From assembly GCA_043788625.1 (NCBI GenBank), contig JAYVTR010000246.1, positions 1 to 48,416 on the forward strand: 48,416 nucleotides of DNA, read 5' to 3'. Positions within the stretch are counted from its first letter, which is position 1. The number at the start of each line of letters is the position of its first letter. This document shows, one piece after another, positions 1 through 9,550 of the stretch. The notes under the pieces were generated by a model. It was not told where the DNA came from. It saw only the letters and a list, made by a program, of their open reading frames with translations, and did no database searches. The DNA comes from Planctomycetota bacterium (GTDB lineage Bacteria; Planctomycetota; UBA11346). The position numbers and the translations under genes were made by a program.

Positions 1-378
1 TGGCAGCGCCTGGGCGCCCTGCCCGAAGCCCATCCGTTGACCTTGTGGACTTTCCGCCGCCGTCCGCGGCTGCGGGCGAGCGAGGTGCTGCACTTGTTGC
101 CTGGCACTTACGTCGCGTTCATCGCCATGGTGATCACCCGTAAAACCGTCAATGCGGTGTACGACGAGCCGGCCGGTCTGCGCACCGCCGATATGGCCTT
201 CGTGACCGTCGAAGACGAGACCGCCGTCGTCGAGACCACGTGGTTTCCCGAGACCTTCAAACGCTATGCGGTGCTGCTCGAACGCGGTGAGCCGTTGCTG
301 TTGAGCGGCACCGTCGAACACAGCTGGGAGGTTGCCAGCGTGGCGGTGCGCCACGCGGCGCTATGCCTGCGGGTTTAG
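1..378 (+). CDS. DnaE/DnaE2-type DNA polymerase III alpha subunit, C-terminal fragment (5' end outside window)
   Basis: Frame 1 is open from nt 1 to TAG at 376-378. The tail '...[23 protein letters not shown]...LLLSGTVE' resembles the C-terminal OB-fold region of DnaE-family polymerases. Confidence 0.5.
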   Translation, partial: WQRLGALPEAHPLTLWTFRRRPRLRASEVLHLLPGTYVAFIAMVITRKTVNAVYDEPAGLRTADMAFVTVEDETAVVETTWFPETFKRYAVLLERGEPLLLSGTVEHSWEVASVAVRHAALCLRV

Positions 379-1163
379 CGTAACTCGGCGGCGAAATTTT
401 TGGATTTGACCAACCCCAGGTGTTGCACCGCCGAGGCGTGACCATCGAACCAGGCGATATTGCAGGTCTGTCCGGCGAAGCCTTTGCCGCCATGGCGATA
501 ACGCAGTACGCCAACGCTGGTATCAGGTGTATCGCTGAGCATCGCCGCATTCCACCCAACGTCGTTATCGTAAGGATTGGTATTGCCCTGCCAGTTATTG
601 TAGACGCTGAACACCCGTGATGAATTGCCCGAGACGTCGGTGGGGTCTTGCGTACCATCAGCGATGTCGGCGACCTCGCTGGGGTTGGTCACCTGCGAGC
701 TGAAAATGGTCTTCCACCCAGAGCCGACATCGAAATTGGGATGCAGGGCCTGGTTGAGGCCGTAATTCCACAGCCAGTCCCAACCGCCTTCGGCGGTGGT
801 CTTCATCGCCCGTCCGGCGGGACAGACGAACACGTTCTTCTTTTGTTTGTTGTCGGTGCGCGAATTCATCAGGATGTAAGGATAGAGGAAATCGAAGTAG
901 CTGGGGTTATTGCTGCCATCGGGATTGGTGCCGTAATTGGGCACCTGGCCACCGTCGTTCTCACTGCTGTAAGCAAGCGAAGCCAATGAGATCTGATGCA
1001 GATTGCTCAGGCATACCGAGCTCTTGGCGGCGCGTCGCACCAGATCGATCGCCACCAACAGCATCAGTGCTAAGATGGCAATGATCGAAATCACCACCAA
1101 CAGCTCGATGAGGGTGAAGCCGGAAAGGGATTTTTTTGAGCTTGGATATGAAGCAGGGTACAT
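375..1163 (-). CDS. Prepilin-type N-terminal cleavage/methylation domain protein, DUF1559 (H-X9-DG) family
   Basis: N-terminus '[18 protein letters not shown]' is a type IV pilin-like leader plus hydrophobic helix. C-terminus '[12 protein letters not shown]' matches the H-X9-DG-type tail. ATG at 1163 has GGAAG about 7 nt upstream; an alternative start lies at 1184. Confidence 0.85.
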   Translation of the reverse strand: MYPASYPSSKKSLSGFTLIELLVVISIIAILALMLLVAIDLVRRAAKSSVCLSNLHQISLASLAYSSENDGGQVPNYGTNPDGSNNPSYFDFLYPYILMNSRTDNKQKKNVFVCPAGRAMKTTAEGGWDWLWNYGLNQALHPNFDVGSGWKTIFSSQVTNPSEVADIADGTQDPTDVSGNSSRVFSVYNNWQGNTNPYDNDVGWNAAMLSDTPDTSVGVLRYRHGGKGFAGQTCNIAWFDGHASAVQHLGLVKSKNFAAELR

Positions 1164-1315
1164 AGCAGCTTCCACATCGAGCATACCTCGGGGAATTCAA
1201 AAGAGCAAATGCTCGCATGGCCATTTTTTATCCACCCACCTAGCTTGCAGGAGCCACATCATTCAAGGGTCAGCAATAAAATTAATAAATGGCGGAAGCG
1301 GCTTCGCCGCTCTCC

Positions 1316-1360
1316 AGAAAAAGAAAACGCCAGCCGTAGTTACGACTGGCGTTTTCTTTA
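1316..1360 (-). terminator. Rho-independent terminator downstream of the dienelactone hydrolase gene
   Basis: Perfect 11-bp stem GAAAACGCCAG (1323-1333) / CTGGCGTTTTC (1346-1356). It is flanked by an A-tract on the + strand, which reads as a T-tract on the - strand, 16 nt past the stop at 1376. Confidence 0.7.
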
Positions 1361-1375
1361 TCTGCAGGATCGGCT

Positions 1376-2209
1376 TTAGGGTGCGAAGGCTTCGGCCAAG
1401 GCGCGCCGCATCACTGTCAGGCTCGCGAGCTCGGCTTTGGCATCGTAATGCACGGCTTGGGCAAAGGGCACGTTGGCGGGGATATTGGTCACATCCAGGC
1501 CGGCATGCGGATTGGTAAAGCCATGCACCGCACCGGGAAAGCTATGCAATTCCCAAGTGGCGTTGGCGGCGAGCATTTCCTGGCTGAAAGCGGCGACCTC
1601 GGCAGGTGGGACAAAAGGATCAGCGCCACCGTGGCAGATGAGGATCTTCGCCTGCACGGCATCTTTGGCCGCCGGCGCGCTGGTGGCCAAACCGCCATGG
1701 AAGACGACCACGAGTTTCAGGTCAGCGCCGCCGCGGGCGAGTTGCAGAACGGCCGAGCCGCCAAAACAAAAACCAACTGCGGCTATGCGCTTGGCGTCGA
1801 CTTCAGGGCGTGCGCTCAAGGCGGCCAAGGCTGGTGCCAGGCGGGCTGCGAATAAAGATGGTTGGGCATAGAACGGTTTTGAACGTGCCACGGCAGTGGG
1901 AAAATCGTTGCTTGCCGGCTCGCCGTACACATCGGCTGCCAATGCTACATAGCCGAGGTCAGCAAGCTCACGTGCACGTTGTTCAGCATAGGCATTGAGC
2001 CCCCACCATTCCGGAACCACCAGCACCGCCGGATGTTTCCCCGGGGTGCCGGGTAGGGCGAGGCGGCCGGTATAGGTGTGCCCGGCGATGGTCACCGGCA
2101 AGTCGATGACCTCGACTGCCAGCAATGGCAAGGCCGTCAGCAGTGGTAAAGCCGTCAACAGCGCCAGGGCACAGCCACGGATGAACGAAGAGCAGGATGA
2201 AGAAAGCAT
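1376..2209 (-). CDS. Dienelactone hydrolase family protein (secreted)
   Basis: Signal-peptide-like N-terminus. 'HPAVLVVPEWWGLN' and the nucleophile-elbow-like 'GFCFGG' plus C-terminal 'HGF' are typical of the DLH alpha/beta hydrolase family. Confidence 0.8.
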   Translation of the reverse strand: MLSSSCSSFIRGCALALLTALPLLTALPLLAVEVIDLPVTIAGHTYTGRLALPGTPGKHPAVLVVPEWWGLNAYAEQRARELADLGYVALAADVYGEPASNDFPTAVARSKPFYAQPSLFAARLAPALAALSARPEVDAKRIAAVGFCFGGSAVLQLARGGADLKLVVVFHGGLATSAPAAKDAVQAKILICHGGADPFVPPAEVAAFSQEMLAANATWELHSFPGAVHGFTNPHAGLDVTNIPANVPFAQAVHYDAKAELASLTVMRRALAEAFAP

Positions 2210-2269
2210 GCACCCAGCTTAATCCACCACCCAGCCGGTACAGGGCCGAGCGCTGGACCAAGCAGGGAT

Positions 2270-4831
2270 TCAATAGCTCGCCCGTAAATGGCAGACGCTC
2301 AGTGCTTTGGCGAAGCTGGCGTGGGTCACTGGCAGCTGTTCGCCCGGGGTCACGCCAGCGGTAGACTTGGGCGTGAAGGTCAGCGTCCGCGGTTGGCCCG
2401 GCAGCAAGGTCAGCGAATTGTCATCGAACTCACCGGCCAGGTCATCGGCATTGACGTGCACGAACAGGGCCGGTTTATCGGTGGTCAAGGTGACGGTGAA
2501 GTCACGCACCTGCATGGTGATCTTGGCGTCAGCCAAGGTGCAGCGCTTGTACTCGGTGAAGACGTGGGTGTTCACATGCGTGAAGCTGCTGCCGCCGGCC
2601 TGGGCGCTGAGGGAGAGCTGCAGGAAGCGCGTACCGCGCTCGGCGACGGTGGCGGCGAAGGTCGACACCGGGCGTTTGGTGAGCAGCTGCGCGGAGCCGG
2701 CGGCGACAGTGATGGTCAGTTTTTCGCTGCCGATGATCGTGCCATCGAAGCCGATGACCTGCGCCGTCACCGTGGCGGTGGCGGGTTCGGGCCGATCGTT
2801 GGTGACCCACAGCTCGAGCTCATCGGTCTTGGTCTGGAAGGCACTGACGATGACCGGGGCGAAGAAGCGCCGCGCATGGTAGTGCAGCTGCTTCCACTTG
2901 CCGCTGTATTCCAGCGACGACCACGAGGCCACTGGCCAGTTGTCGTTGAGCTGCCAGTAGATGGTGCCCATGCAGGTGGGCTGCAGATGGCGCCAGTGTT
3001 CCACTGCAATCTTGATCGCCAGGGCCTGCTGCACCTGTGATAGATACAAGAACGCCGGAAAAGCCGAAGGCAGGCGGAAATAGCGCGAGAACATCTCGTT
3101 GATGCGCTGGTTGCCGCCATCATTGCGCTGATGCCATTCCATCACCGGCGAGGTGACATTGAATTCTTCCGGCGGGCAGTACTTCTTGACCGTGTCGAGC
3201 GAGGGGAAGCTCTGATAGCCGAACTCACTGCAGAAACGCGGTGTCACGTCGTAATAGCTATCGAACGGCTTACTGCCGTGCCACACTTCCCAGTAATGCA
3301 TGTCGCCGTTGCGGTCGTCATGCCAGCAATCGCTGAAGTCGCCCGGACCGGCGCACGGCGATGATGGCCAGAACATGCGCGTACCGTCGGCTTGCTCGAC
3401 GGCATCGCCCAGCACCTGTGATTGGCGGGCGTAATCGATGATGTAGCGATCGCGTGACGCTTTCGATTCCTTGAACCAGGTGAGCGCGCCGACCACTTCA
3501 TTGTCACCACACCACAGGGCGATGGAGCCATGATCACGTAGACGTTTGATCTGGTAGGTGACTTCCAGGCGGATCTCGGCCAGCCACGCCTTGTCGGCGG
3601 GGTACAGCGCGCACGAGAACATGAAATCGTGCCAGATCATCAGTCCGAGCTCGTCGCACATATCGTAGAAGGCATGGCGTTCAAACTGCCCGCCACCCCA
3701 CACGCGGATGATGTTCATGCCCACTGCGGCTGCCGAATCGAGGTGATCCCTGAAGCGTGCATCGGTTTGACGCGAAGGCATGGCATCGCTGGGAATCCAA
3801 TTGGCGCCCTTGGCAAAAATGGCCCGGCCATTGACCTGGATCACCATCGACGTGCCGCGCGCGTCCTTCTCGTTCAATACCACCAGATCGCGCAGGGCGA
3901 GGCGCTTGCGGCTGATCTCATCGCCGATGCTGACGGTCAGGTCATAAAGCGGCTGGGTGCCGTGCCCATTGGGCCACCATAGTTTCGGATTGCTGATGGT
4001 GATGCTACCGCTGACGGTGTTGGCGCCCTTGGTCAGCTGCACCGGCAGTGCTAGGCTCTGTTCGCCGAGCTGGATAGAGAACGTCGTCGCGCCAGCCGCG
4101 ACGGCCTCGACTTCGGCGGTAACCGTGACCGTGACTTGACCCGCGCTATGCGCCTGTGCGGTGTAGACGTGCTCGATGCGCGCCGCCGTGGTGCCACGCA
4201 GGCTGAGGTCGTCGTACACCCCACAGGTGAACAGGCTGATGCCCCAGTCCCAGCCGCCATGGCACTGGGCCTTGCGCAGCAGGTTGTAATGCGGGATGCG
4301 CGCGCCGACGGTATAACCGTTGGCGGGAATCGGATAAGGTTGACGGGCGGCGCGGGCGGCGCCTTCCTTGGCCGCCGAGCGGAAAAGGATGCGGACGGTG
4401 TTGCTGCCGACTTTCAGTGCCGACTTGACGTCGAAACGATGGCGGCGGAATTGGTTGGCGGTGCTGCCGACCATCGTGCCGTTGATGCTGATGTCGGTGA
4501 AGGTGTCGAGCGAATCGGCATTGAGATAAACGTTGGCGCTAGTCAGCAGGGCTGCGGAAACGTCGATAGTGCGCTCGATCGCCCAATCGCGTTCGATGAC
4601 CCACTGTACCAATTCTTCGTTCTTACCCCAGTATGGATCGGGAATGAGCTTGGCCGCCAGCAGAGCGCTGAACACATCACCAGGGGCAATGAACGGGCAG
4701 GTGTGGTTGCCGCCGATCTCGCTCAACGTCCACGTGCCAGCCAGGTCGAGGTGCTGCAATACCTGGCGCGGAAGGCCCGGCTGGGTAACGAAGGATGAGG
4801 TGGCAGGACGGGCAACAAGGGCAGTGCTCAT
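2270..4831 (-). CDS. Glycoside hydrolase family 2, beta-mannosidase-like
   Basis: 853 aa. 'WWPNGHG.QPLY', 'NWIPSDAMPSR', 'IRVWGGGQFE...FYDMCDELGLMIWHDFMFSCALYP', 'WCGDNE' and 'FCSEFGYQSFPS' are characteristic beta-mannosidase GH2 blocks. Confidence 0.85.
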   Translation of the reverse strand: MSTALVARPATSSFVTQPGLPRQVLQHLDLAGTWTLSEIGGNHTCPFIAPGDVFSALLAAKLIPDPYWGKNEELVQWVIERDWAIERTIDVSAALLTSANVYLNADSLDTFTDISINGTMVGSTANQFRRHRFDVKSALKVGSNTVRILFRSAAKEGAARAARQPYPIPANGYTVGARIPHYNLLRKAQCHGGWDWGISLFTCGVYDDLSLRGTTAARIEHVYTAQAHSAGQVTVTVTAEVEAVAAGATTFSIQLGEQSLALPVQLTKGANTVSGSITISNPKLWWPNGHGTQPLYDLTVSIGDEISRKRLALRDLVVLNEKDARGTSMVIQVNGRAIFAKGANWIPSDAMPSRQTDARFRDHLDSAAAVGMNIIRVWGGGQFERHAFYDMCDELGLMIWHDFMFSCALYPADKAWLAEIRLEVTYQIKRLRDHGSIALWCGDNEVVGALTWFKESKASRDRYIIDYARQSQVLGDAVEQADGTRMFWPSSPCAGPGDFSDCWHDDRNGDMHYWEVWHGSKPFDSYYDVTPRFCSEFGYQSFPSLDTVKKYCPPEEFNVTSPVMEWHQRNDGGNQRINEMFSRYFRLPSAFPAFLYLSQVQQALAIKIAVEHWRHLQPTCMGTIYWQLNDNWPVASWSSLEYSGKWKQLHYHARRFFAPVIVSAFQTKTDELELWVTNDRPEPATATVTAQVIGFDGTIIGSEKLTITVAAGSAQLLTKRPVSTFAATVAERGTRFLQLSLSAQAGGSSFTHVNTHVFTEYKRCTLADAKITMQVRDFTVTLTTDKPALFVHVNADDLAGEFDDNSLTLLPGQPRTLTFTPKSTAGVTPGEQLPVTHASFAKALSVCHLRASY

Positions 4832-4930
4832 GGACGCAGCCTAACCACACCCACCGGTCATGCTTCCCAAGGATTGACCAAAACTTGACACTGGTTGATC
4901 TGCCGTCGATAAGCTGAAACTCAGACAATC

Positions 4931-5785
4931 ATGCGTCTGCCACGTTCCCAAGTCTTGCGGCCAGGCGACGTCTATGTACTGCAATCGCTGGGGCCTTCCC
5001 AGCCGTGGCGCTTCCCGGCGCATCATCATGACGGCTGGAGCGAGTTGCAGTTCGTGGTCGAGGGAACGCTGCATCAGCAGGTCAATGGCCGTGAGGAGGA
5101 TCTGACCGCAGGTGATGTGCTCTTGGTGCGGCGTGATGATGAGCACGTGCTGCATGGGCGCAATTTCGTACTCTTCAATTTGGCGATTCCCGATCACGAG
5201 TGGCAGCGTCTCGCTGAGTATGTCGGTGATGCGACCCTGGTAAGCGGCTTGGTGGGCCAGTGCCGGCCCCCGCGCATGCGCGTAATCGGCACTGAACGGG
5301 TGCGCCTCGAAGCTGAATTCCGCCACCTCTTCACCGCTCAGCGCACCGCCCTCGCCCGGACCTTGATCGGGCGTTTGCTGCTGAACCTTTTACCGCGGAT
5401 GTCAGCGGTAAGCGACGCTTCAGCGGCGGCGGTCAGCGCGCCGGTCAACACCCCTGCGTGGTTGCGCCGATTGCTGGACGATCTGGATGGTCTGGTTGAT
5501 CAAGGTGCGGACCCGGCGACGTTGGCGGCACGGGCGCGTATCAGCCCCGAACATCTGGCGCGCAGTGTGCGACGCCATCTGGGGATGACGCCCACCGCCT
5601 TGCTCAATCAGCGGCGGCTTGAACGAGCGGCACTGCTGCTCAGCCACAGCGACCGCTCGGTGTTGCATATCGCACTCGATCTGGGCTTTGGTTCAGCCAG
5701 CGCATTCAGCCGGGCTTTTCGCGCGCATCACCGGCTGTCGCCACGCGATTGGCGCAAACGCCATGGGGTGGGCTGGAGCTCGTGA
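4931..5785 (+). CDS. AraC family transcriptional regulator (cupin sensor + HTH)
   Basis: The C-terminal 'PEHLARSVRRHLGMTPTALLNQRRLERAALLL...SVLHIALDLGFGSASAFSRAFRAHHRLSPRDWR' is a canonical AraC double HTH. The gene is divergent from the GH2 gene. Confidence 0.85.
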   Translation: MRLPRSQVLRPGDVYVLQSLGPSQPWRFPAHHHDGWSELQFVVEGTLHQQVNGREEDLTAGDVLLVRRDDEHVLHGRNFVLFNLAIPDHEWQRLAEYVGDATLVSGLVGQCRPPRMRVIGTERVRLEAEFRHLFTAQRTALARTLIGRLLLNLLPRMSAVSDASAAAVSAPVNTPAWLRRLLDDLDGLVDQGADPATLAARARISPEHLARSVRRHLGMTPTALLNQRRLERAALLLSHSDRSVLHIALDLGFGSASAFSRAFRAHHRLSPRDWRKRHGVGWSS

Positions 5786-5812
5786 CTCTTATCCCTCGTG
5801 ACTCTTATCCCT
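5781..5812. repeat. Perfect 16-bp tandem duplication (CGTGACTCTTATCCCT x2, followed by partial CGTG)
   Basis: Read directly: 5781-5796 equals 5797-5812. It spans the TGA stop of the first AraC gene and fills most of the 41-nt gap between the two convergent AraC genes. Confidence 0.9.
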
Positions 5813-5826
5813 CGTGGCCCTGAACC

Positions 5827-6636
5827 TCAGTCGCTATTGACGAAGGCCCGTGCGTGCAAGCTGCGGAAGGCACCTGGAGTACAGCCGTTGTGGCGGCGGA
5901 ACAGCCGACGGAAATGCACAGGGTCATTGAAGCCAACGCGGCGGGCGATGCTTTCAACGTCGGTCGTGGTGTTGATCAAGTGCGTCTTGGCCTCGGCGAG
6001 ACGGCGTTCATGGATGCTGGTGACAATGCTTTTGCCGGTGATGCGGCGATAGACCCGACCAAGATAATCGGCGTTGCAAGCGAGTGCCAAGGCGATGTCG
6101 CGGGTCGAGAGGCTATCCTGGTAGTGATGGCCGATCCACGCTTCAGCCCGTCCGACGAGGTGGGCCGCCGGATCATCGCCGGCGGCGCGCGGGGCGGCAG
6201 CGATTTCGGCGAGCATCAATTGCACCAGCAGGCCCGCCGTCGCCGGCGTTGCGGCGCCGCTTGACTGATCGTCGAGGTAGCGATGCATCCATGCCATGAG
6301 CAGGGTGGCGCGACGCGGGGTGCTATGCTGCGGTACGGACAGGGTCTCGCCACTGCTGGCCATGGCCTGGAAGTGCAGCCAATAAAATGACAGATCGGGA
6401 GGGTAGTCGACCAGCCCGCCATGCGGTCGACCGGCGACCAGCAGCAGTATCTCATTGGCGGCGACCGCAAAGGCCTTCCCGGATTCCTGCAGGTCAAGAC
6501 GCCCGCGGCGTACGAGGATTAATTCATGGCTGTCGATGATGCGCGTCGGGTGGCGAACACCCATGCCACGTCGGGCGATGAACAACCCGGCGTGCAGGCC
6601 GAGGACGGCGGTCGATTGCGGAAAAAGGAGATTCAT
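5827..6636 (-). CDS. AraC family transcriptional regulator
   Basis: 'TRDIALALACNADYLGRVYRRITGKSIVTSIHERRLAEAKTHL...VESIARRVGFNDPVHFRRLFRRHNGCTPGAFR' is an AraC HTH. ATG at 6636 gives a typical 269 aa; the ORF is open to 6720. The gene is divergent from the GH127 gene. Confidence 0.8.
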   Translation of the reverse strand: MNLLFPQSTAVLGLHAGLFIARRGMGVRHPTRIIDSHELILVRRGRLDLQESGKAFAVAANEILLLVAGRPHGGLVDYPPDLSFYWLHFQAMASSGETLSVPQHSTPRRATLLMAWMHRYLDDQSSGAATPATAGLLVQLMLAEIAAAPRAAGDDPAAHLVGRAEAWIGHHYQDSLSTRDIALALACNADYLGRVYRRITGKSIVTSIHERRLAEAKTHLINTTTDVESIARRVGFNDPVHFRRLFRRHNGCTPGAFRSLHARAFVNSD

Positions 6637-6810
6637 GCGCGAGACCGATTCAGCGTTGAGCGTGCAAGCGGCGCAGTTTAGACAACCTCGACTGACGCAT
6701 GATCGACGGTCCCTGGCCATGGCAAAGGGTATGAAAAGTCGGAAACGACCTCCTCAGCAACGTCCTTGGCCTCTCGTCGGCTACCGGTGTGGCATTACGC
6801 TGACTGGACC

Positions 6811-8712
6811 ATGCTGAAACCACGCCCTTGCTCCTTCACTGCCGACAAACTGCGTGCCGTGCCCTTCACTGCCGTCAGCTTCGAGGATGATTTCTGGGCG
6901 CCCAAACAGCTCAGCAATCGTACCCAGGCGATTCCCATGAATGAAGCCCAGTGCCGCAAGAGCGGACGCATCGATGCGTTTCGCCTGGCCTGGAAACCAG
7001 GCCAGCCGCATGAGCCGCATATCTTTTGGGATTCGGATGTGGCCAAATGGATCGAGGCCGCGAGTTATACATTGTCGAGCCATCCTGACCACGCACTGGA
7101 CGAGCGCTTAGATGCGGTCATCGCGCTGATCGCCGCGGCGCAACAGGCTGACGGTTATCTCAATACCCATTTTCAGGTGGTGCGTCCGGAGGCGCGGTGG
7201 AAGCATTTCAACGACCATGAACTGTACTGCATCGGTCATCTGATCGAGGCTGGCGTCGCGCATCATGCGGCAACCGGTAAGCGGTCCCTGTTTGATGTTT
7301 GCCTACGCCTGGCAGATTGCGTCGCTGCTGCATTCGGTCCGCAATCAGGGCAGCGGCCGGGCTATTGCGGTCACGAGGAAATCGAGTTGGCGCTGGTGAA
7401 GCTTGCCGATGCCAGCGGCGAAGAACGTTATCTCGCGCTGGCGCGTAACATGGTTGATGCGCGCGGTACGCAGCCACATTATTTCGATCAGCTCAAGGCG
7501 GAAGCCGGTGGCGATGGCATTTATAGCCAGGCGTTTTGCAAGGATAACTACCGGTATTTTCAGGCGCACGTGCCGGTGCGCGACCAGCGTGAAGTCGTCG
7601 GACACGCGGTGCGGGCGATGTACCTCTACTGTGCCATGGCTGATCTGGCCGCGGCCGATGGTGATCGCGAATTGGCGGCGGCGGGGCTCGCCCTGTGGCG
7701 CCACGCGACGTGCCGCCTGATGTATGTGACCGGCGGCATCGGTTCGTCGCATGCCAACGAAGGCTTCACCTTTGATCACGATCTGCCGAATGAGACGGCG
7801 TATTGCGAAACCTGCGCCTCAGTGGGCCTGATCATGTGGGCGCAGCGATTGTTCCTGCAAGAGCGCTCTTCCGAGTATATCGACGTCATGGAGCGGGTGC
7901 TCTACAATGCTGCCATCGCCGGTGTCAGCCTCGATGGCCAGCGCTTCTTCTATGTCAATCCGTTGGCGAGCCTCGGCGGCCACCATCGTCAGGAATGGTT
8001 CGATTGCGCCTGCTGTCCGCCGAATATTTCCCGTCTGTTGGCGAGTCTGGGCAGCTATGTTTATGCGCGGGACGAAAGCAGCCTGTACGTGAATCTTTAT
8101 GGAGGATCACAAGCACAGTTCATGTTGGGCAGCGTGACGGTAGCGATTACCCAGACCACCGATTACCCATGGAATGGGCGGGTTGCCTTGCACGTGGAGC
8201 CGCAGTCGCCGCACCGATTCCATCTGCGCCTGCGTCGCCCCGGTTGGTGCCGCTCTTGGCTGGTGAGTATCAATGGCCAACCAGTCCAAGCGATCGAAGA
8301 GGCAGGATACGTGGTTTTGGAACGTACCTGGAAGACCGGTGATCGCGTGGTGTTCGACCTCGCGATGCCGATGGAGCGCGTCCATGCCGATCCACGCATC
8401 CGCCATGATGCGGGGCGACTGGCCATGCAGCGTGGGCCAGTGGTCTATTGCTTTGAAAGTTGCGACAACGGCAGCGACCTGGATGCCTTGGTGATGTCCG
8501 CTACCGCCGAGGTGCAGGTGGAAGGTGATCCACATGCAATGGGCGGTGTCGTTCGTCTCAGCGTGCCGGGTTGGCGTGAGCAGCCGTTTGTCGACCAGCC
8601 CTATGCATTCGGCAAGCCGCTGCGCCAGCCGGTGACGCTGTCGGCAATTCCGTACTATGCGTGGGATAACCGCTCGCCAGGTGGCATGGCGGTGTGGATG
8701 AGATGGGCGTGA
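6811..8712 (+). CDS. Glycoside hydrolase family 127 (DUF1680, beta-L-arabinofuranosidase-like)
   Basis: 'GHEEIELALVKL', 'CETCASVGLIMW' and 'CACCPPNISRLLASLG' form the Cys-rich Zn/nucleophile region typical of HypBA1-type GH127. The start is ambiguous (6766 or 6811). Confidence 0.8.
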   Translation: MLKPRPCSFTADKLRAVPFTAVSFEDDFWAPKQLSNRTQAIPMNEAQCRKSGRIDAFRLAWKPGQPHEPHIFWDSDVAKWIEAASYTLSSHPDHALDERLDAVIALIAAAQQADGYLNTHFQVVRPEARWKHFNDHELYCIGHLIEAGVAHHAATGKRSLFDVCLRLADCVAAAFGPQSGQRPGYCGHEEIELALVKLADASGEERYLALARNMVDARGTQPHYFDQLKAEAGGDGIYSQAFCKDNYRYFQAHVPVRDQREVVGHAVRAMYLYCAMADLAAADGDRELAAAGLALWRHATCRLMYVTGGIGSSHANEGFTFDHDLPNETAYCETCASVGLIMWAQRLFLQERSSEYIDVMERVLYNAAIAGVSLDGQRFFYVNPLASLGGHHRQEWFDCACCPPNISRLLASLGSYVYARDESSLYVNLYGGSQAQFMLGSVTVAITQTTDYPWNGRVALHVEPQSPHRFHLRLRRPGWCRSWLVSINGQPVQAIEEAGYVVLERTWKTGDRVVFDLAMPMERVHADPRIRHDAGRLAMQRGPVVYCFESCDNGSDLDALVMSATAEVQVEGDPHAMGGVVRLSVPGWREQPFVDQPYAFGKPLRQPVTLSAIPYYAWDNRSPGGMAVWMRWA

Positions 8713-8746
8713 CTCCCGAGCGCTCAGCTTCGGTTTTCGCGCTCTG

Positions 8747-8932
8747 CTAGGCGACGCGCTGCACGCCAAGCGGGGTCAGCGTTTCGGCCGCCTTGCGCAT
8801 GCGTTCATTAATGCGCTCGACCAAGGCCAGGGCTTCTGTTGCGGGATCCTGGACGTCATCATCGTGCAGGTCATCGAAATCACTCAGCTCGGGCGCAATC
8901 GGGGCCGACGCAGATGGTTGGATGTAGGGCAT
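8747..8932 (-). CDS. Small acidic hypothetical protein (61 aa)
   Basis: ATG is preceded by GAGAAGG about 6 nt upstream. No recognisable family. Confidence 0.35.
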   Translation of the reverse strand: MPYIQPSASAPIAPELSDFDDLHDDDVQDPATEALALVERINERMRKAAETLTPLGVQRVA

Positions 8933-9127
8933 GGCAACCTTCTCGGCGCTATCGTGCAGAGAGACGCGGTAAGAGGGGAGTAAGAAGAGAGCTGTGAGGT
9001 AGAACGAAATCAGTCTACCACACGAATGTTCATCGTGGGGCGACTTTATTATCGCGATGCAGCGGCATCAGTGAAGGCTGTGCTAAGAGACTTTTTTTTG
9101 CTGCATCAGGGCAGCAAATAGAGGCGT

Positions 9128-9499
9128 TTAGCCTGAAACCGTTCCATACGTAGCGACTACGGTGTTGCGCGCATCCAGAACCAAGACTTTGGGCTCGTGG
9201 CCGATGACTTCGTTTTCATTGTATAGGGCATAGCCGGCAATGATGACGATGTCGCCGCGTTGGGCATGACGGGCGGCGGCGCCATTGACGATGATCTGCC
9301 CATGACCGCGTTCGCCGGCGATCAGATAGGTCTCTAAGCGATAGCCATTGTGACAGTTCAATAGCTGGATGCGCTGATGGACCAAGAGGCCGGCACGTTC
9401 GATGAGGTCAAGGTCAACCGTTAAACTGCCAGGATAGTCAATACGGCAGTCGGTGACCGTCGCATGATGAAGCTTACCTTGGAGCATTTCGCGGAGCAT
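9128..9499 (-). CDS. panD: Aspartate 1-decarboxylase
   Basis: 'MLREMLQGKLHHATVTDCRIDYPGSLTVDLDL' contains the self-processing Gly-Ser site. 'RLETYLIAGERG.G.I.VNGAAAR' is typical PanD. Confidence 0.9.
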   Translation of the reverse strand: MLREMLQGKLHHATVTDCRIDYPGSLTVDLDLIERAGLLVHQRIQLLNCHNGYRLETYLIAGERGHGQIIVNGAAARHAQRGDIVIIAGYALYNENEVIGHEPKVLVLDARNTVVATYGTVSG

Positions 9500-9550
9500 G
9501 CCTTAAATGCTGGGCATTCGGGCGTCAGTGCAACTGTCATCAGCAGGAGG

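Noticed and set aside
2120-2170. Duplicated 'LLTALPLLTALPLL' in the dienelactone hydrolase signal peptide.
   Set aside because: The underlying nucleotide units are imperfect and it sits in a hydrophobic signal region where such low-complexity sequence is common. It was not considered a meaningful repeat.
2288-3040. Long ORFs antisense to, or out of frame with, well-supported genes. Examples: 2288-3040 (+), 4136-4798 (+), 8107-8769 (-), 12641-13342 (-), 24281-25039 (-), 27684-28373 (+), 31717-33264 (-), 33374-34303 (-), 36555-37889 (+), 37326-38045 (-), 42034-42834 (-), 42590-43603 (-), 47162-48253 (-).
   Set aside because: Their translations are Arg/Gly/Ala/Pro-rich, low in complexity and free of recognisable motifs. 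Each lies opposite a gene with strong family signatures. Long stop-free antisense frames are expected in DNA with more than 60% GC.
9092-9118. Hairpin TTGCTGC-ATCAGG-GCAGCAA just downstream of panD, with an adjacent T8 run.
   Set aside because: The T-run precedes the stem on the + strand and reads as an A-run after the stem on the - strand (the panD strand). It therefore does not fit an intrinsic terminator in either orientation, and the stem is only 7 bp.
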